From contig OX597831.1 of assembly GCA_951406725.2 (NCBI GenBank), positions 7,440,001 through 7,504,000 on the forward strand: a stretch of 64,000 nucleotides of DNA. Direction: 5' to 3'. Positions within the stretch are counted from its first letter, which is position 1. The number at the start of each line of letters is the position of its first letter. Positions 13,731 through 25,847 of this stretch are shown piece after piece. Both the position numbers and the translations under genes were made by a program. The DNA comes from Octopus vulgaris (lineage: Eukaryota). The notes under the pieces are model-generated. The model was not told the origin of the DNA. It did no database searches and was given only the letters and a program-made list of their open reading frames with translations.

Positions 13731-14125
13731 CTTGTTGTTGCTGTCCTCTTCAAGTAAGTTCCGAACAATGGATCAAAGATAGTCTTGTCTTTTGTACATC
13801 TAAGGCTAAACCATTTACTGTATTACTTCTTGAGAGCATAGAGTGTCATTTTAAGGGGATTTTGTTACCATTTAGAGCAGGTTGAGGGACCATGTAGAGG
13901 ACAATTCTATCAAGCAATCAGATCAAAGTTTCGGATCATTACAATGCCAGAGTAACTTCGGAAAATGAAAACGAACGCTGCTGTACCAAACACTACGTTC
14001 AATTGTTTTCCTTCTTTTATTCCAATTTACAATCATTTCACTTCTGTCCCCTATCTTCTCCGGAAAGGCATTAATGTACCATTATCTCACCACAACCATT
14101 AATCTATGGTTATTTATTTGTATTA

Positions 14126-14266
14126 TAAGATTATCCCAAAAGTTCGTAGAAAGTCTTGGAAAATAATGGTCTTTATTTTGAGGAATAATTTCTGTTGTTT
14201 TTGTTAGTACTTGGCGAGTAAAAATTCAATTTTCGCAACTGTTTACGAACTTTTGGGACAACCTAA
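14126..14266. mobile_element. Mariner-type MITE
   Basis: TIRs TAAGATTATCCCAAAAGTTCGTA / TACGAACTTTTGGGACAACCTAA with TA on both sides. Confidence 0.75.
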
Positions 14267-14533
14267 TAAAACAATGTATGTTCTACCTTGGAATTCGGGA
14301 ATTCTCTCCCTCTTTGTATTGTTCCATCAAATTGTGATTTACAACAGACAGTTCCAACACCCAATAATAACCAAATGCTAATTGCAGTTGTTGTTACAAG
14401 GTTTGCCGCCGTGCCAAACTTATTAGTCTGACATAAGTATTACACAAAAATAAATATAAAAACTTTAGGTTATTTCTATGTATAATATGATTGGAACATG
14501 AGACAATCCTTGTTTCTGGATGTGTATTATTAG

Positions 14534-14611
14534 ATTTGCAAGCGAATTGGCGAAGCAGCTTACATTATGACTCTTCAAGAAAAGAGTTTAGAGAAAGATT
14601 TACCATCCTCG
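14534..14611 (+). CDS. CCAP: CCAP precursor, probable second coding exon
   Basis: ttattag| acceptor, TCG|GTGTGT donor, 78 nt, phase 0-0, open frame [26 protein letters not shown], in unique sequence between the other two exons. Confidence 0.55.
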
Positions 14612-14775
14612 GTGTGTTGTGTGCATATAGCACAGCTAGAATATACGCCACTTTTACGCTATACATACACACGTACGTACATGCTTACGTTTGTGTTTGT
14701 GTGTGCATATATATATGTGTATACATACATACATACATACATACATACATACATACATACATACATACATACATG

Positions 14776-14960
<185 letters not shown>

Positions 14961-15110
14961 CTCAGTGTGTTGTGTGCATAGAGCACAGCTAGAATATACG
15001 CCACTTTTACGCAATACATACGTACGTACATGCATACAATGTGTGTTTGTGTGTGCATATATATATGTGTATATATATGTATGAATATATGTATATACAT
15101 ATATACATAC

Positions 15111-15145
<35 letters not shown>

Positions 15146-15177
15146 AAACATATGTGCATATATATATATATATATAT

Positions 15178-15385
15178 GTAGGCGCAATGACCTAGTGGTT
15201 AGGGCAGCGGACTCGCGGTTTCGATTCCCAGACCGGGCGTTGTGTGTGGTGTGTTTATTGAGCGAAAACACCTAAAAGCTCCACGAGGCTCCGGCAGGGG
15301 GTGGTGATCCCGCTGTACTCTTTCACCACTCTTTCTCCCAATCTTTCTTCTGTTGGCCTGCTCGCTTAGCCAGCGGGGTGGCGTG
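15178..15385 (+). mobile_element. SINE family B, body type 3 (3' truncated)
   Basis: Family B head followed by CCAGCGGGGTGGCGT, as at 39142. Confidence 0.8.
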
Positions 15386-15410
15386 CTCCTATATATATAT
15401 AAAACATATG

Positions 15411-15453
<43 letters not shown>

Positions 15454-15499
15454 GATTAATAGAGAAGACAGAATGTACCAAAACAAAAAGAATTTATTA

Positions 15500-15593
15500 C
15501 CACAACAATTGTTTCATCATGAATGTGCAGTGCCCCCTTGTGGGCGTGAAACGACGCAATAATACCAGATGCAACGCACAGTGCATCAGGTGG
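15500..15593 (-). ncRNA. Variant or degenerate type-I hammerhead motif
   Basis: CCAC-CTGATGC-(long stem II with TGTGC/GCACA)-GAAA-CAATTG-TT-GTGG. Confidence 0.45.
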
Positions 15594-15926
15594 GATAATA
15601 TGGTTTTAAGCCGGGAGATTTACATTGCGATTCCGCTGTATTAAGAGATTTTATCAGTTAGACAGACGCACAGACAAACAGACGCGCACATTCATACTTT
15701 TAAATCAATGCAAAGACAGACAGACAGACGCGCACATTAATAAGCTTTTCCATGGGTACATGTCAGGGTGTGTCACATGTATGTGTGTCAACCAAGTACA
15801 TACGCGCACAGGTGTACACATATATACATTTGACACTCACACACATATATCCTACGGGACACAAACATCCATTTGCTCATATACATATAAACATCATATC
15901 GACACTGTCATCATGGAGCATATGCA

Positions 15927-15971
<45 letters not shown>

Positions 15972-16101
15972 TTACTCACATGCACTTTTACACCCACGTC
16001 ATAAGACATATACATCTAAATGTACATTGATACCCGCACTTCGAAATGTTTGTAGGCAAGTATACATACATACATACATACATACATACGCACCTACATA
16101 C

Positions 16102-16166
<65 letters not shown>

Positions 16167-16207
16167 TAAATGAAAGAATGGAGTCGAACGAAGATGTTAA
16201 CAAAATT

Positions 16208-16300
16208 CCTTTACTTTCGACATATGTTTCGAAGACCACATGGTTTCATTCCAAAGGAATAAAGGGTGTATGATGCAATCTTCTCATCAGGAAAGAAAGG
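16208..16300 (-). ncRNA. Complete type-I hammerhead ribozyme motif (Penelope/retrozyme-type)
   Basis: Minus strand CCTTTCTTTC-CTGATGA-GAAGATTGCAT..loop..ATGTGGTCTTC-GAAA-CATATG-TC^GAAAG(T)AAAGG: perfect core, 10-bp stem I with one bulge, 11-bp stem II, palindromic stem III, GUC cleavage triplet. Confidence 0.85.
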
Positions 16301-17058
16301 GAGCCTCTCTCATTCACCTATTGATATAAATAAATATATATATATATATATATATACTCACCCAATTATATACATATACGTTTATATACATAGATATACT
16401 TATACTTACAGGTTAGCACATACTAAAGATTTCCACTCAGTACTTTTATGCACTCATAGGCATATACAAACACGTCCACCCGGCAATATGTATGCACACA
16501 CAGATTGTATACACGTATGGCATTATTCGCACGCATATGTAGGCACAGAACAATAAATGGTACATGGGTAAAGCCTCATACATTTGTCCATGGGTATATA
16601 GACGTGTATAGCAATTTATGAAAGCCATTTAAATATTGAAAAACAGTTAGCTCTATCATGATGATTCGCACGGGGACGAAACTGCTGCTCATTGATCTGT
16701 GAAGACAGTAACGGAGACAGCGACGCCGTGACAAGCAGGAAGGGACACGGCAGGCGTTCTAACTGCGTCCACATGTCGGAATTCATCCAAAAACCAGAAG
16801 ACACAACAGGCTTAATTCAGATGGCCATGTGAAGTTTCTGGAAACTGATCAAATCCTCGTTGGAAGGCCATATATGTAGCTGCAAGATTCAGCTCTTTGC
16901 TACACCTCCACCATCAACGCACTATGCTAAACAAGTAAACCATTTCGAGCAAAATGTATCGGAAATGGAAATGGTTAACAAGGGAGGTAACTGAGTAAAA
17001 CACAAACAATTGAAAGAAAAGTAGACTTGATAAAAAGATACAACATTATGCACTCTAA

Positions 17059-17427
17059 GTGGCACTCCGTCGCTTACGACGACGAGGGTTCCAGTTGATC
17101 CGATCAACGGAACAGTCCTGCTCGTGAAATTAACGTGCAAGTGGCTGAGCACTTTAGAGACACGTGTACCCTTAACGTAGTTCTCGGGGGAGATTCAGTG
17201 TGGCACAGAGTGTGACAAGGCTGGCCCCTTTGAAATTACAGGTACAACAGAAACAGGAAGAAAGGATGAGAGAACGTTGTGGTGGGTTCGCCACCACCCA
17301 CTGTTGGAGCCTCGTGGAGCTTTAGGCGCTTTCGCTCAATAAATACAATCCTCGGTCTGGGAATCGAAACCGCGATCCTATGACCGCGAGTTCGCTGCCC
17401 TAACCACTGGGCCATTGTGCCACCACT
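17059..17427 (-). mobile_element. SINE family B, body type 1
   Basis: Full copy; TSD ATTATGCACTCTAA/ATTATGCGCTCTAA. Confidence 0.9.
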
Positions 17428-17772
17428 ATTATGCGCTCTAATAACAGGATGACGGGACGTACGTTACAAAAGAGTGGCAAGAAACTTTGCGACATTGCTG
17501 GCGATGGCGTCCGGCCTTGCTCGTGACGGGAGAAAGCAATATGTGCGTGAACAACCTACCCCAAGCTTTTCTATTAGAGTTCTCTATCTCCTGGGTTATT
17601 TGATGCTTTCGCCACGTTTGACTTACCCTTACAGGCTACATGTGCGCCTGGGCACCAATCAGACATCTCTACGTCGTCACGCATACAGACATAGTTTTAT
17701 GTATCACGTGATTGGATGGCGTTGACTCTCCTTACATCAATTGCCTTTTGACGTATTTATATCAACCAGTCT

Positions 17773-18260
17773 AGAGAGAGAGTGAGAGAGAGTGAGAGAG
17801 AGAGAGAGAGAGAGCGAGGGGGAAGAGAGAGGGAGAGACTGTGATAAAGAGAAAGGCAAACAGAGAGACAGAGAGACACACACACAAAGGTGGGGAGGGA
17901 TTGTAAGAGAGAGAGAGAGAGAGCGAGGGGGGGAAGAGAGAGGGAGAGACTGTGATAAAGAGGAAGGCAAACAGAGAGACAGAGAGACACACACACAAAG
18001 GTGGGGAGGGATTGTAAGAGAGAGAGAGAGAGCGAGGGGGGAAGAGAGAGGGAGAGACTGTGATAAAGAGAAAGGCAAACAGAGAGACAGAGAGACACAC
18101 ACACAAAGGTGGGGAGGGATTGTAAGAGAGAGAGAGAGAGAGCGGGGGGGAAGAGAGAGGGAGAGACTGTGATAAAGAGGAAGGCAAACAGAGAGACAGA
18201 GAGACACACACACAGAGGTGGGGAGGGATTGTAAGAGAGAGAGAGAGAGGGTAGGGGGAT
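17773..18260. repeat. Purine-rich minisatellite, about 110-bp unit, 4 copies
   Basis: GGGAGAGACTGTGATAAAGAG-AAGGCAAACAGAGAGACAG...GGTGGGGAGGGATTGTAA repeated four times. Confidence 0.95.
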
Positions 18261-18893
18261 TGTGATAAAGAGAGAGAGACAGAAAGACAGATAGTCAGAC
18301 AGATAAGGAAAAGAGCAAGATATATGAGAAAGAAGGAGAGTGCATGAATGTGCGTGTTCCTGTGTTATGAATAACTTTTCTCTATCTCTGAGTCGTATGG
18401 ATGTGCGTGTGCGCGCGCGTGTCTGTTCTTTCGTTAGATTCTGTGCATTCTTTTCTTGTCTTTTTTGTCGTCAGAAACGGCAACAATTTTTCTGTTCTGA
18501 GTTGGAATAATAATGAACGAAATTCTTCTATTTCGAGGCTTCTGGGGTCGAGATTCACTTCATTTTTTTTCCAGCGCAGCGAGTTATGTCTCAGAGTTCA
18601 TATCTTGAGGCATTTTATTACGACAAAGCATCGTTTTTGCTTAAAACCGAAGAACAAACAAACAAACAGGCAAAACTGAGATTTTAGTATTATTTGGATT
18701 TCAGACTATAAATTGCCAGAGATGCTATTTGTTCCCATGGTGATCAAATTTGCCATTCATCCTTTCAAGGTTGATTTTAAAAAAAACGAACAATCCAGAA
18801 CGGTGGACTGCCGAACTGTAAGAATATCGGAGTGGATGCCTTGCGTCGTAACGGTTCTTTGCATTCTGAGTTCAAATCCTGTAATGGCCAACT

Positions 18894-19074
18894 CAATGGC
18901 GTAGCTTTAGAAAGCGCTGCCCCGAGGCGGCCCCTAAGTTGTCTGCACTTTCCCCCCACCCATCTGCGCCCCTACATAGGCATATACAGTAGACCCAGAA
19001 GTGCCGCCCCCATAAAAGCTTCAAACGAGGCGAATCGCCCCTCTCGCCATCGCCTATCCTTCGCTACCCCCCTG
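18894..19074. mobile_element. hAT-like MITE
   Basis: Ends CAATGGCGTAGC / GCTACCCCCCTG; degenerate 8-bp TSD GGCCAACT/GGCCTACA. Confidence 0.6.
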
Positions 19075-19308
19075 GGCCTACATTGGTTGTAGACTTAATT
19101 TGTAGCCAAGTTTAACACCACCACCGCCAGGAACTATGGGTGACTTTAACGCAATCCACTCTGTTACAAGCATTCGTGCCTGGTCTGTGGTTTAAGGATA
19201 TCCTCTTCTGGTTTGAGGATATCTTCATCTTTCCCTCACGGTCTTCTATCTTGACTAAAATACATTTTTAAAATTCCAGTTTCGAAATGAGAATAAATAT
19301 TTACTATT

Positions 19309-19380
19309 GAAATATCGGTTTCGGGAATGCTCTATTTAACCATCTTGCCTGCTTTCATCTTCTATGACTCATCAGATTTT
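19309..19380 (-). ncRNA. Degenerate hammerhead motif
   Basis: AAAT-CTGATGA-G...C-GAAA-CCGAT-ATTT; core intact, stems II and III eroded. Confidence 0.35.
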
Positions 19381-19553
19381 CTGCTAAAAAGTTATTTATT
19401 TATTTTCTTATCTTTACCCTACATTCACTAAAAGTTCTATTTCTTGAACAAACATCGACAATGGCTACTTATTACGACGACGGTTATTTGATCTTGTCTT
19501 GTTTATCTAACTTAATTCCTCTTTCAACGATTTTAATATATCTATTCTTTTAA

Positions 19554-19745
19554 GGCGGCGAACTGGCAGAATTGTTTGCAGACTGTACAAAAATTCTTAG
19601 CAGCATTTCGCCCGTCTTTACTCCAAGGTCAACTTTGCCTTTCATCCTTTTGGGAGTCGATAAAATAAGTACCAGTTGAATACTGGGGTCGATGTAATTG
19701 CTCTATCTCCCACCGCCACGAAATTTCTGGCCTTGTACTAAAATT
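19554..19745 (+). mobile_element. SINE family A, older degenerate variant
   Basis: GGCGGCGAACTGGCAGAA head and ACTTTGCCTTTCATCCTTTTGGGAGTCGATAAAATAAGTACCAG. Confidence 0.75.
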
Positions 19746-19779
19746 TGTCAATGATAGTTCTGTCTTTTTTTTTCCAACA

Positions 19780-20032
<253 letters not shown>

Positions 20033-20050
20033 ATTATTATTATTATCATG

Positions 20051-20110
<60 letters not shown>

Positions 20111-20286
20111 TCTAGCATTAACACAAGGTCAAGTATTTGGGAGAAGGGTCAAATATATTGAAGCTATTAGTTGGTAAGCATTTTATTTTAACAATACCGG
20201 AAGGACGGATGACAATGCTCCTCACTTGAACACCTCTTTTAATATAATCTTACTTCGTAACCAACCCCTGTATATATACATACATA

Positions 20287-20373
<87 letters not shown>

Positions 20374-20424
20374 TTTTCGTATTGAAATTAATATATTTTT
20401 TATTGACTCTTTCCTACTTTACAG

Positions 20425-20619
20425 CCTCAGGATTCCGAGTACTTGAGTATGAAATTGCAAAATCTACTACGCAGATCAGAGTTATCGGACTCAGCTGTTA
20501 AAGGCTTGCTTGATCACAGGACAAAAAGAGTTTTCTGCAATACTTTTGGAGGTTGTACAAGTCTCTTGCGCTCCGTCGCTTTGAAAAACAGAAGAGCTTC
20601 CGTGCTTTCGTCTCACTGA
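20425..20619 (+). CDS. CCAP: CCAP precursor, peptide-bearing last coding exon
   Basis: Strong acceptor ctctttcctactttacag|; phase 0 gives PQDSEYLSMKLQNLLRRSELSDSAVKGLLDHRT-KR-VFCNTFGGCTSLLRSVALKNRRASVLSSH*. VFCNTFGGC (20530-20556) matches the CCAP motif xFCNxFxGC after a dibasic site. Confidence 0.9.
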   Translation, partial: PQDSEYLSMKLQNLLRRSELSDSAVKGLLDHRTKRVFCNTFGGCTSLLRSVALKNRRASVLSSH

Positions 20620-21181
20620 AATCGTCGACTTTAAAATAAATTAAGGTAAAATTAAATTAAAGGATAAAATCTTAAAACTTTTCCCAAGTTAATATAATCG
20701 ATTCATTTCCAGCGAAACACGTTATAAATCTGTATGTATGTCTAAATTTATGTATGTCATTATTCAGTTTTATTTCAAGGTGTCTTGCCAATAGAGAAAG
20801 GGTCGGTTTCCAACCTAGATCCAAGGCTCTTTCATTGAAATTTCAACATGAACAACAGGGTATTTTTGTTTGTATGTATGTATATGTGCAGATTTGTATG
20901 CTTTGTTTTATGTATGTATTCTCATGCATATACTTGCATATCTCGATATGCTCATAGATATACTTAAATGATAAACTTCTGGAAAGTTTTATAGATTTTT
21001 ACAGTTCCAGTGATGGATTGGATCTGTAATCTTCGAATCAGCTTTCACCTTTCTGGTTTTGAGAAGACTAATTTTACAAGATTGGTATTTAGGCAGTGTT
21101 TTACATATGTATGTATTATGTATGTATGTATGTATGTATGTATGTATGTATGTATGTATGTATGTATGTATGTATGTATGT

Positions 21182-21287
<106 letters not shown>

Positions 21288-21327
21288 CAGTCGCCACGAC
21301 TGATCGCTAAATCCTTTCTGCATACTC

Positions 21328-21365
21328 CTTTCTGCTGAAGAGCATAGGCTCGAAACGTAAAATAT
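21328..21365 (+). ncRNA. Minimal hammerhead-like motif in a Penelope-type repeat (about 21288-21434)
   Basis: CTGAAGA-G(CATAGGCT)C-GAAA-CG-TA; stem I poorly formed. Confidence 0.4.
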
Positions 21366-21511
21366 TTTTTCCCTTTCTCGAGCGTCAAACTGATACACCT
21401 GCTTGTTGTTCATATACCTGTCTTCGTCTTTTGTATTTCAGCAAAATTGCCATTACTCTGATAATGTCGGAGGAAATCAAACGAAATTTATACTGAATAA
21501 AATATATTATA

Positions 21512-21736
21512 TTTTGTGTTGGTGCATAATTATTGCGGCTTTTTTCCCCCAAACAATAACAACATGTAACAAAAACATCTTTAAATGATTATTACGTAGC
21601 ATATTCACAATCTACTTCAATTTGCTTGGCAGACGGTCAGACCGTCATTTAAAGATGTCTTTTGTTAAATATTGTTATTGTTTTTGTTGAATAAAATTTG
21701 TTGAAAAAAAGCCACTATAATTATGGACCAACCCAA
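21512..21736. mobile_element. Mariner-type MITE nested in the left Tc1 inverted repeat
   Basis: TIRs TTGTGTTGGTGCATAATTATTGCGGC / GCCACTATAATTATGGACCAACCCAA; TA duplication confirmed by the uninterrupted right IR. Confidence 0.9.
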
Positions 21737-22018
21737 TACATGGAAACATTATATAAATTTGGAACGCAATACAGTAAACATTTTCAAAGATATGAACGAA
21801 ATATTAATTTTCAAACGAGACAAAAACATGTCCACTTTAAAGGATTACTTGCTACATTCAATATTTTATCCGCTTTTTTTTTACTAACTTCAGATATTGC
21901 TGATAATTTCAATTCTAATAAATTATTTCTCTTGGCATTTTTCACCTGTCATCGTTATTGCATCTGCAGGAATTCTGATTTGTGTTCCGCGGAGAAAATC
22001 TTCTTCATCCTGATTAAA

Positions 22019-23247
22019 GTGGCACGAAAAGGAAAAGAATTCTCTGAAGATTTGAAGAACATTATCTTTAATTTGCACAAGAATGGTTTAGGATCCAAGT
22101 TAATTAGCAAACGAATACATATTAGCGAAAACGAAGTTGCCAAACTAATTCAGTAGCACAAAGCTACTGTGGACGGCTAAGCAATAGACATCGCCCAGGT
22201 CGTCTTTCTATTTTAACTGTGCGTGATATTTGCCACATCCAACGTTGCATGATGGACGACAGGCGTCGTGCCGCTTCATCTTTGGCTCAAGAAGTGTCGT
22301 CTGTTAGTGGAAAGAGTGTATCCGCCCAAACGGTTCGCCGAAGTTTGAAGCAGTGTGGTCTTCACGGACGCATTCCTCGTAGGAAGCTTCTCCTCAGGCA
22401 TAAATCAAGTCGTCTTTCTTTTGCCGAAACCTATGTCAGTAAGGGGAAGGTTTTTTTCAATAAAATTTTTTTCATCTGACGAGACTAAAATCGACTTGTT
22501 TGGGTCAGGTGATATTAAACGAGTATGGGGACGACCAGGTGAAGATAATAGCGACAAATGCACCGTACCCAGTGTAAAATACGGCGGCAGAAGTGTTATA
22601 CTTTGGGGATGCTTGAGTGCGGCTGGTGTGGGAGGACTCACCTTTATTGAGATAACAACGTTACGTTCTGAGTTCAAATTACGCCAAGGTCGACTTTGCC
22701 TTTCATCCTTTCAGGGTCGATTAAATAAGTACCAGTTACGCACTGGAGTCGATGTAATCGACTTAATCCGTTTGTCTGTCCTTGTTTGTCCTATCTGTGT
22801 TTAGCCTCTTGTGGGTAGTAAAGAAATAGGTATTTCTTCTGTCGTTACGTTCTGAGTTCAAATTACGCCGAGGTCGACTTTGCCTTTCATCCTTTCGGGG
22901 TCGATTAAATAAGTACCAGTTACGCACTGGGGTCGATGTAATCGACTTAATCCGTTTGTCTGTCGTCCTTGTTTGTCCCCTCTATGTTTAGCCCCTTGTG
23001 GGTAATAAAGAAACAGATATTGCCATGGCCTACCATGTCACCTGATTTAAGCCCAATAAAACATCTGTTGGGTGTTTTGAAAAGGAAGGTTGAGGAGAAA
23101 AAACCCTGCAATCTAACACAGTTGAAAGACATCATTCATGATAAATGGAGGTTGATTTAATCGGTTGTATGCGGAACTTTAGTCAATTCTATGCCCAGAA
23201 GACTTTATGTAGTCATTAAAAGCAAGGATGGTTACAACAAATATTGA
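22019..23247 (+). pseudogene. Tc1 transposase pseudogene
   Basis: ARKGKEFSEDLK, RPGR, VSAQTVRR, FSDETKIDLFG, VKYGGRSVILWGC, WPTMSPDLSPIK, LVNSMPRR; stops, frameshifts, and the second-D region replaced by a SINE dimer. Confidence 0.92.
22659..23016 (+). mobile_element. SINE family A tandem dimer (both units 5' truncated)
   Basis: Two units joined at AAAGAAATAG|GTATTTC (about 22829). Confidence 0.9.
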
Positions 23248-23487
23248 ATGTAGCAAGTAATACTTTAAGGTGTACATATTTTTGTATCGTTTGAAAATTA
23301 ATATTTCGTTCATATCTTTGAAAATGTTTATAGTTTTGTGTTACAAAATTGTATAATGTTTGCATGTATAATATATTTTATTCAGTATAAATTTCGATTG
23401 ATTTCCTTTGATATTATCAGAGTAATGGCAGTTTTGCTGAAATTTTTAGGGGTGTACATCCTTCTGTGAGATACTGTATATATATAT

Positions 23488-23689
23488 ATAAATGAAAGAA
23501 TGGAGTCGAACGACGACTTTAACAAAATTCCTTTACTCTCGACATATGTTTCGAAGACTGCATATTCTCAATTCCAAAGGAATAGAGGGTGTTATTCCTT
23601 CGGAATTGAAAATATGCAGTCTTCGAAACATGTGTCGAGAGTAAAGGAATTTTGTTAAAGTCGTCGTTCGACTCCATTCTTTCATTTAT
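23488..23689. repeat. Near-perfect 202-bp palindrome of two inverted, 5'-truncated hammerhead-family copies
   Basis: 97-bp arms around the loop GAGGGTGT (23585-23592); homologous to 16167-16270. Confidence 0.92.
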
Positions 23690-23839
23690 TCATAGTTAAG
23701 AAAAACACACAAATTTCCACACGAGAACACGGGATTTCTGCCCTTGGCATGTAGCTTCAACCGTGTTTTCTGACGTGAATTTGCTACCCAGGTATCGGTT
23801 AACCGAATTATCCATACTAGGATAATTCATTCACCTACT

Positions 23840-23906
<67 letters not shown>

Positions 23907-24280
23907 GAGAGAGAGAGAGAAGAGGAGAAAGAGAGGGAGAGAGAGAAATATGGGTGTGTGCGCGCACGTGTCTATAAAGACACGCCTGCGAGTCTTTATT
24001 GAAAATTTTGTACTTGATATTTCCAAACCAATCAACTATTTCTTATTCACGGATTGTCTGCCCATATGTTATTATAAGGAATTATTAAAAGCATCGCTAT
24101 AAATTAATTATGAAAGATTTACGAATAGTGAATCACAAGCCAAAAGTCAAAATATCGACGCTCTATACGTGAAATAAATCAAGAAATCTACCAAGAGACA
24201 GCCTTTACTTAAACAATTTTAGATCTGGCAATGGTGATTTTATCTCTTGTTATATTATTCCCATAACATTTTGCTACCTT

Positions 24281-24692
24281 CAGCTGTGTGGTAAGTAGCT
24301 TTCTAACCAACCACATGGTTCCGGGTTCAGTCCCACTGCGTGGCATCTTGGGCAAGTGTCTTCTGCTATAGCCCCGGGCCGACCAATGCCTTGTGTGAGT
24401 GGATTTGGTAGGCGGAAACTGAAAGAAGCCCGTCGTATATATGTATATATATGTGTGTGTGTGCGTGTATGTGTTAGTGTGTCTGTGTTTGTCCCACTGG
24501 CATTGCTTGACAACCGTTGCTGGTGTGTTTACGTCCCCGTCACTTAGCGGTTCGGCAAAAGAGACCGATAGAATAAGTACTGGGCTTACAAATGAATAAG
24601 TCCCGGGGTCGAGTTGCTCGATTAAAGGCGGTGCTCCAGCATGGCCGCTGTCAAATGACTGAAACAAGTAAAAGAGTAAAAGAGTAAAGAGT
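24281..24692 (+). mobile_element. SINE family C
   Basis: Same architecture as 7625-8109. Confidence 0.9.
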
Positions 24693-25645
24693 AACAGAAC
24701 GCCGTTACTGCTGTCCTTTCATTCAGATGGCGTCACTGATAACTCATAACGTTAATGGACTTTGCAAAGCTGTTGTTTCTAACTAAGTATAAAGAACTAA
24801 TAAAGGTCCTAATGTTGGTACAATTCCAGCAACTTTAGAAGGAGGACCAGTCGATTCCATCGACATCGGTGTTCGACTAGTTCTTATTTTATCGACGCCG
24901 AATGGCCGACAGGCAAAATTGGCCTCGGCGAATTTTTAACTCAGAATGTAAAGAGCTGCTAAGCATTTTATAAGACGTCGGAACGATTCTCCTTGCCGAC
25001 TTATAAAGGACAAACGTTGAAATATAAAAGAAATCTCTACCAAAATCAGATCAAATTTGAACATGGCTGTGTCTTTGACATAGCCCCCCGCCCTATGGTG
25101 TGATTAAATTCTTTTATTCTTTTATTTGTTCCAGTTATTCGACTGGAGTACCGCTTTATTTTTATTATTGTTAAGACCTACTTTACGTATCACAAATGAG
25201 ATTTCTTCCATTGAGTTGTTTTTATGAAACAATTCCTCGCTCTTCCGATCAGAATCGCCATATTTGGATAAAAGATTCTGGGTAAAAGATTCTGTGAGGA
25301 ATTTTTTTCTTTTAGTTGTTTTAGTCATTCGACTGCGGCCATGCTGGGGTACCGCCTTGGTGGGTTTTAATCGAACAAATCGACCCCCCTCCCCGTGTGC
25401 TTATTTTAAAACCCTGGTACTTATTTTCTCTATCACTTTTGTCTTATCGCTAAGTTGCCTGAACGTAAACAAACCAATAGTGGTTAAGTGGTGGGGGAAC
25501 AAACACACACATACATACATGCATACATACACATGTATGTATAAACATGTATGCATATGTATGTGTTTATATATATACATATATATATAAATGGCGGTGC
25601 CCCAGCATGGCCACAGCTCGTGAGCTGAAACTAGATAAAATATAA

Positions 25646-25676
<31 letters not shown>

Positions 25677-25814
25677 GTTGAAAAAAGATTAGAGATGTAT
25701 ACAAATTAAATTTTTATATATAAAAGAGAGAGGTGGAAATAGCACAGAAGTAAGTGTGACATTTCAATTTAAGAGGGAATTTAATAAAATAATTATATAA
25801 AGAAAATAAAGAAA

Positions 25815-25847
25815 ATATTACCGGTTTCGATGTATCTCATCAAATAT
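25815..25847 (-). ncRNA. Minimal type-I hammerhead motif with one core substitution
   Basis: ATAT-TTGATGA-GATACATC-GAAA-CCGG-TA-ATAT (C3 to U). Confidence 0.6.

Larger units (their letters stand above)
21435..23476 (+). mobile_element. IR/DR-type Tc1 DNA transposon, decayed
   Basis: About 215-bp inverted repeats (21435-21842, interrupted and lacking the outer end; 23262-23476 ending GTGAGATACTG|TA) around a transposase pseudogene. Confidence 0.92.

Noticed and set aside
16640-16900. Complex GC-richer block in CCAP intron 2 as an extra exon
   Set aside because: Early stops in all plus-strand frames after the candidate acceptor, and no CCAP motif.
17773-18260. Regularly spaced repeats resembling a CRISPR array
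   Set aside because: Units are wholly repeated with no unique spacers; eukaryotic minisatellite, no cas genes.
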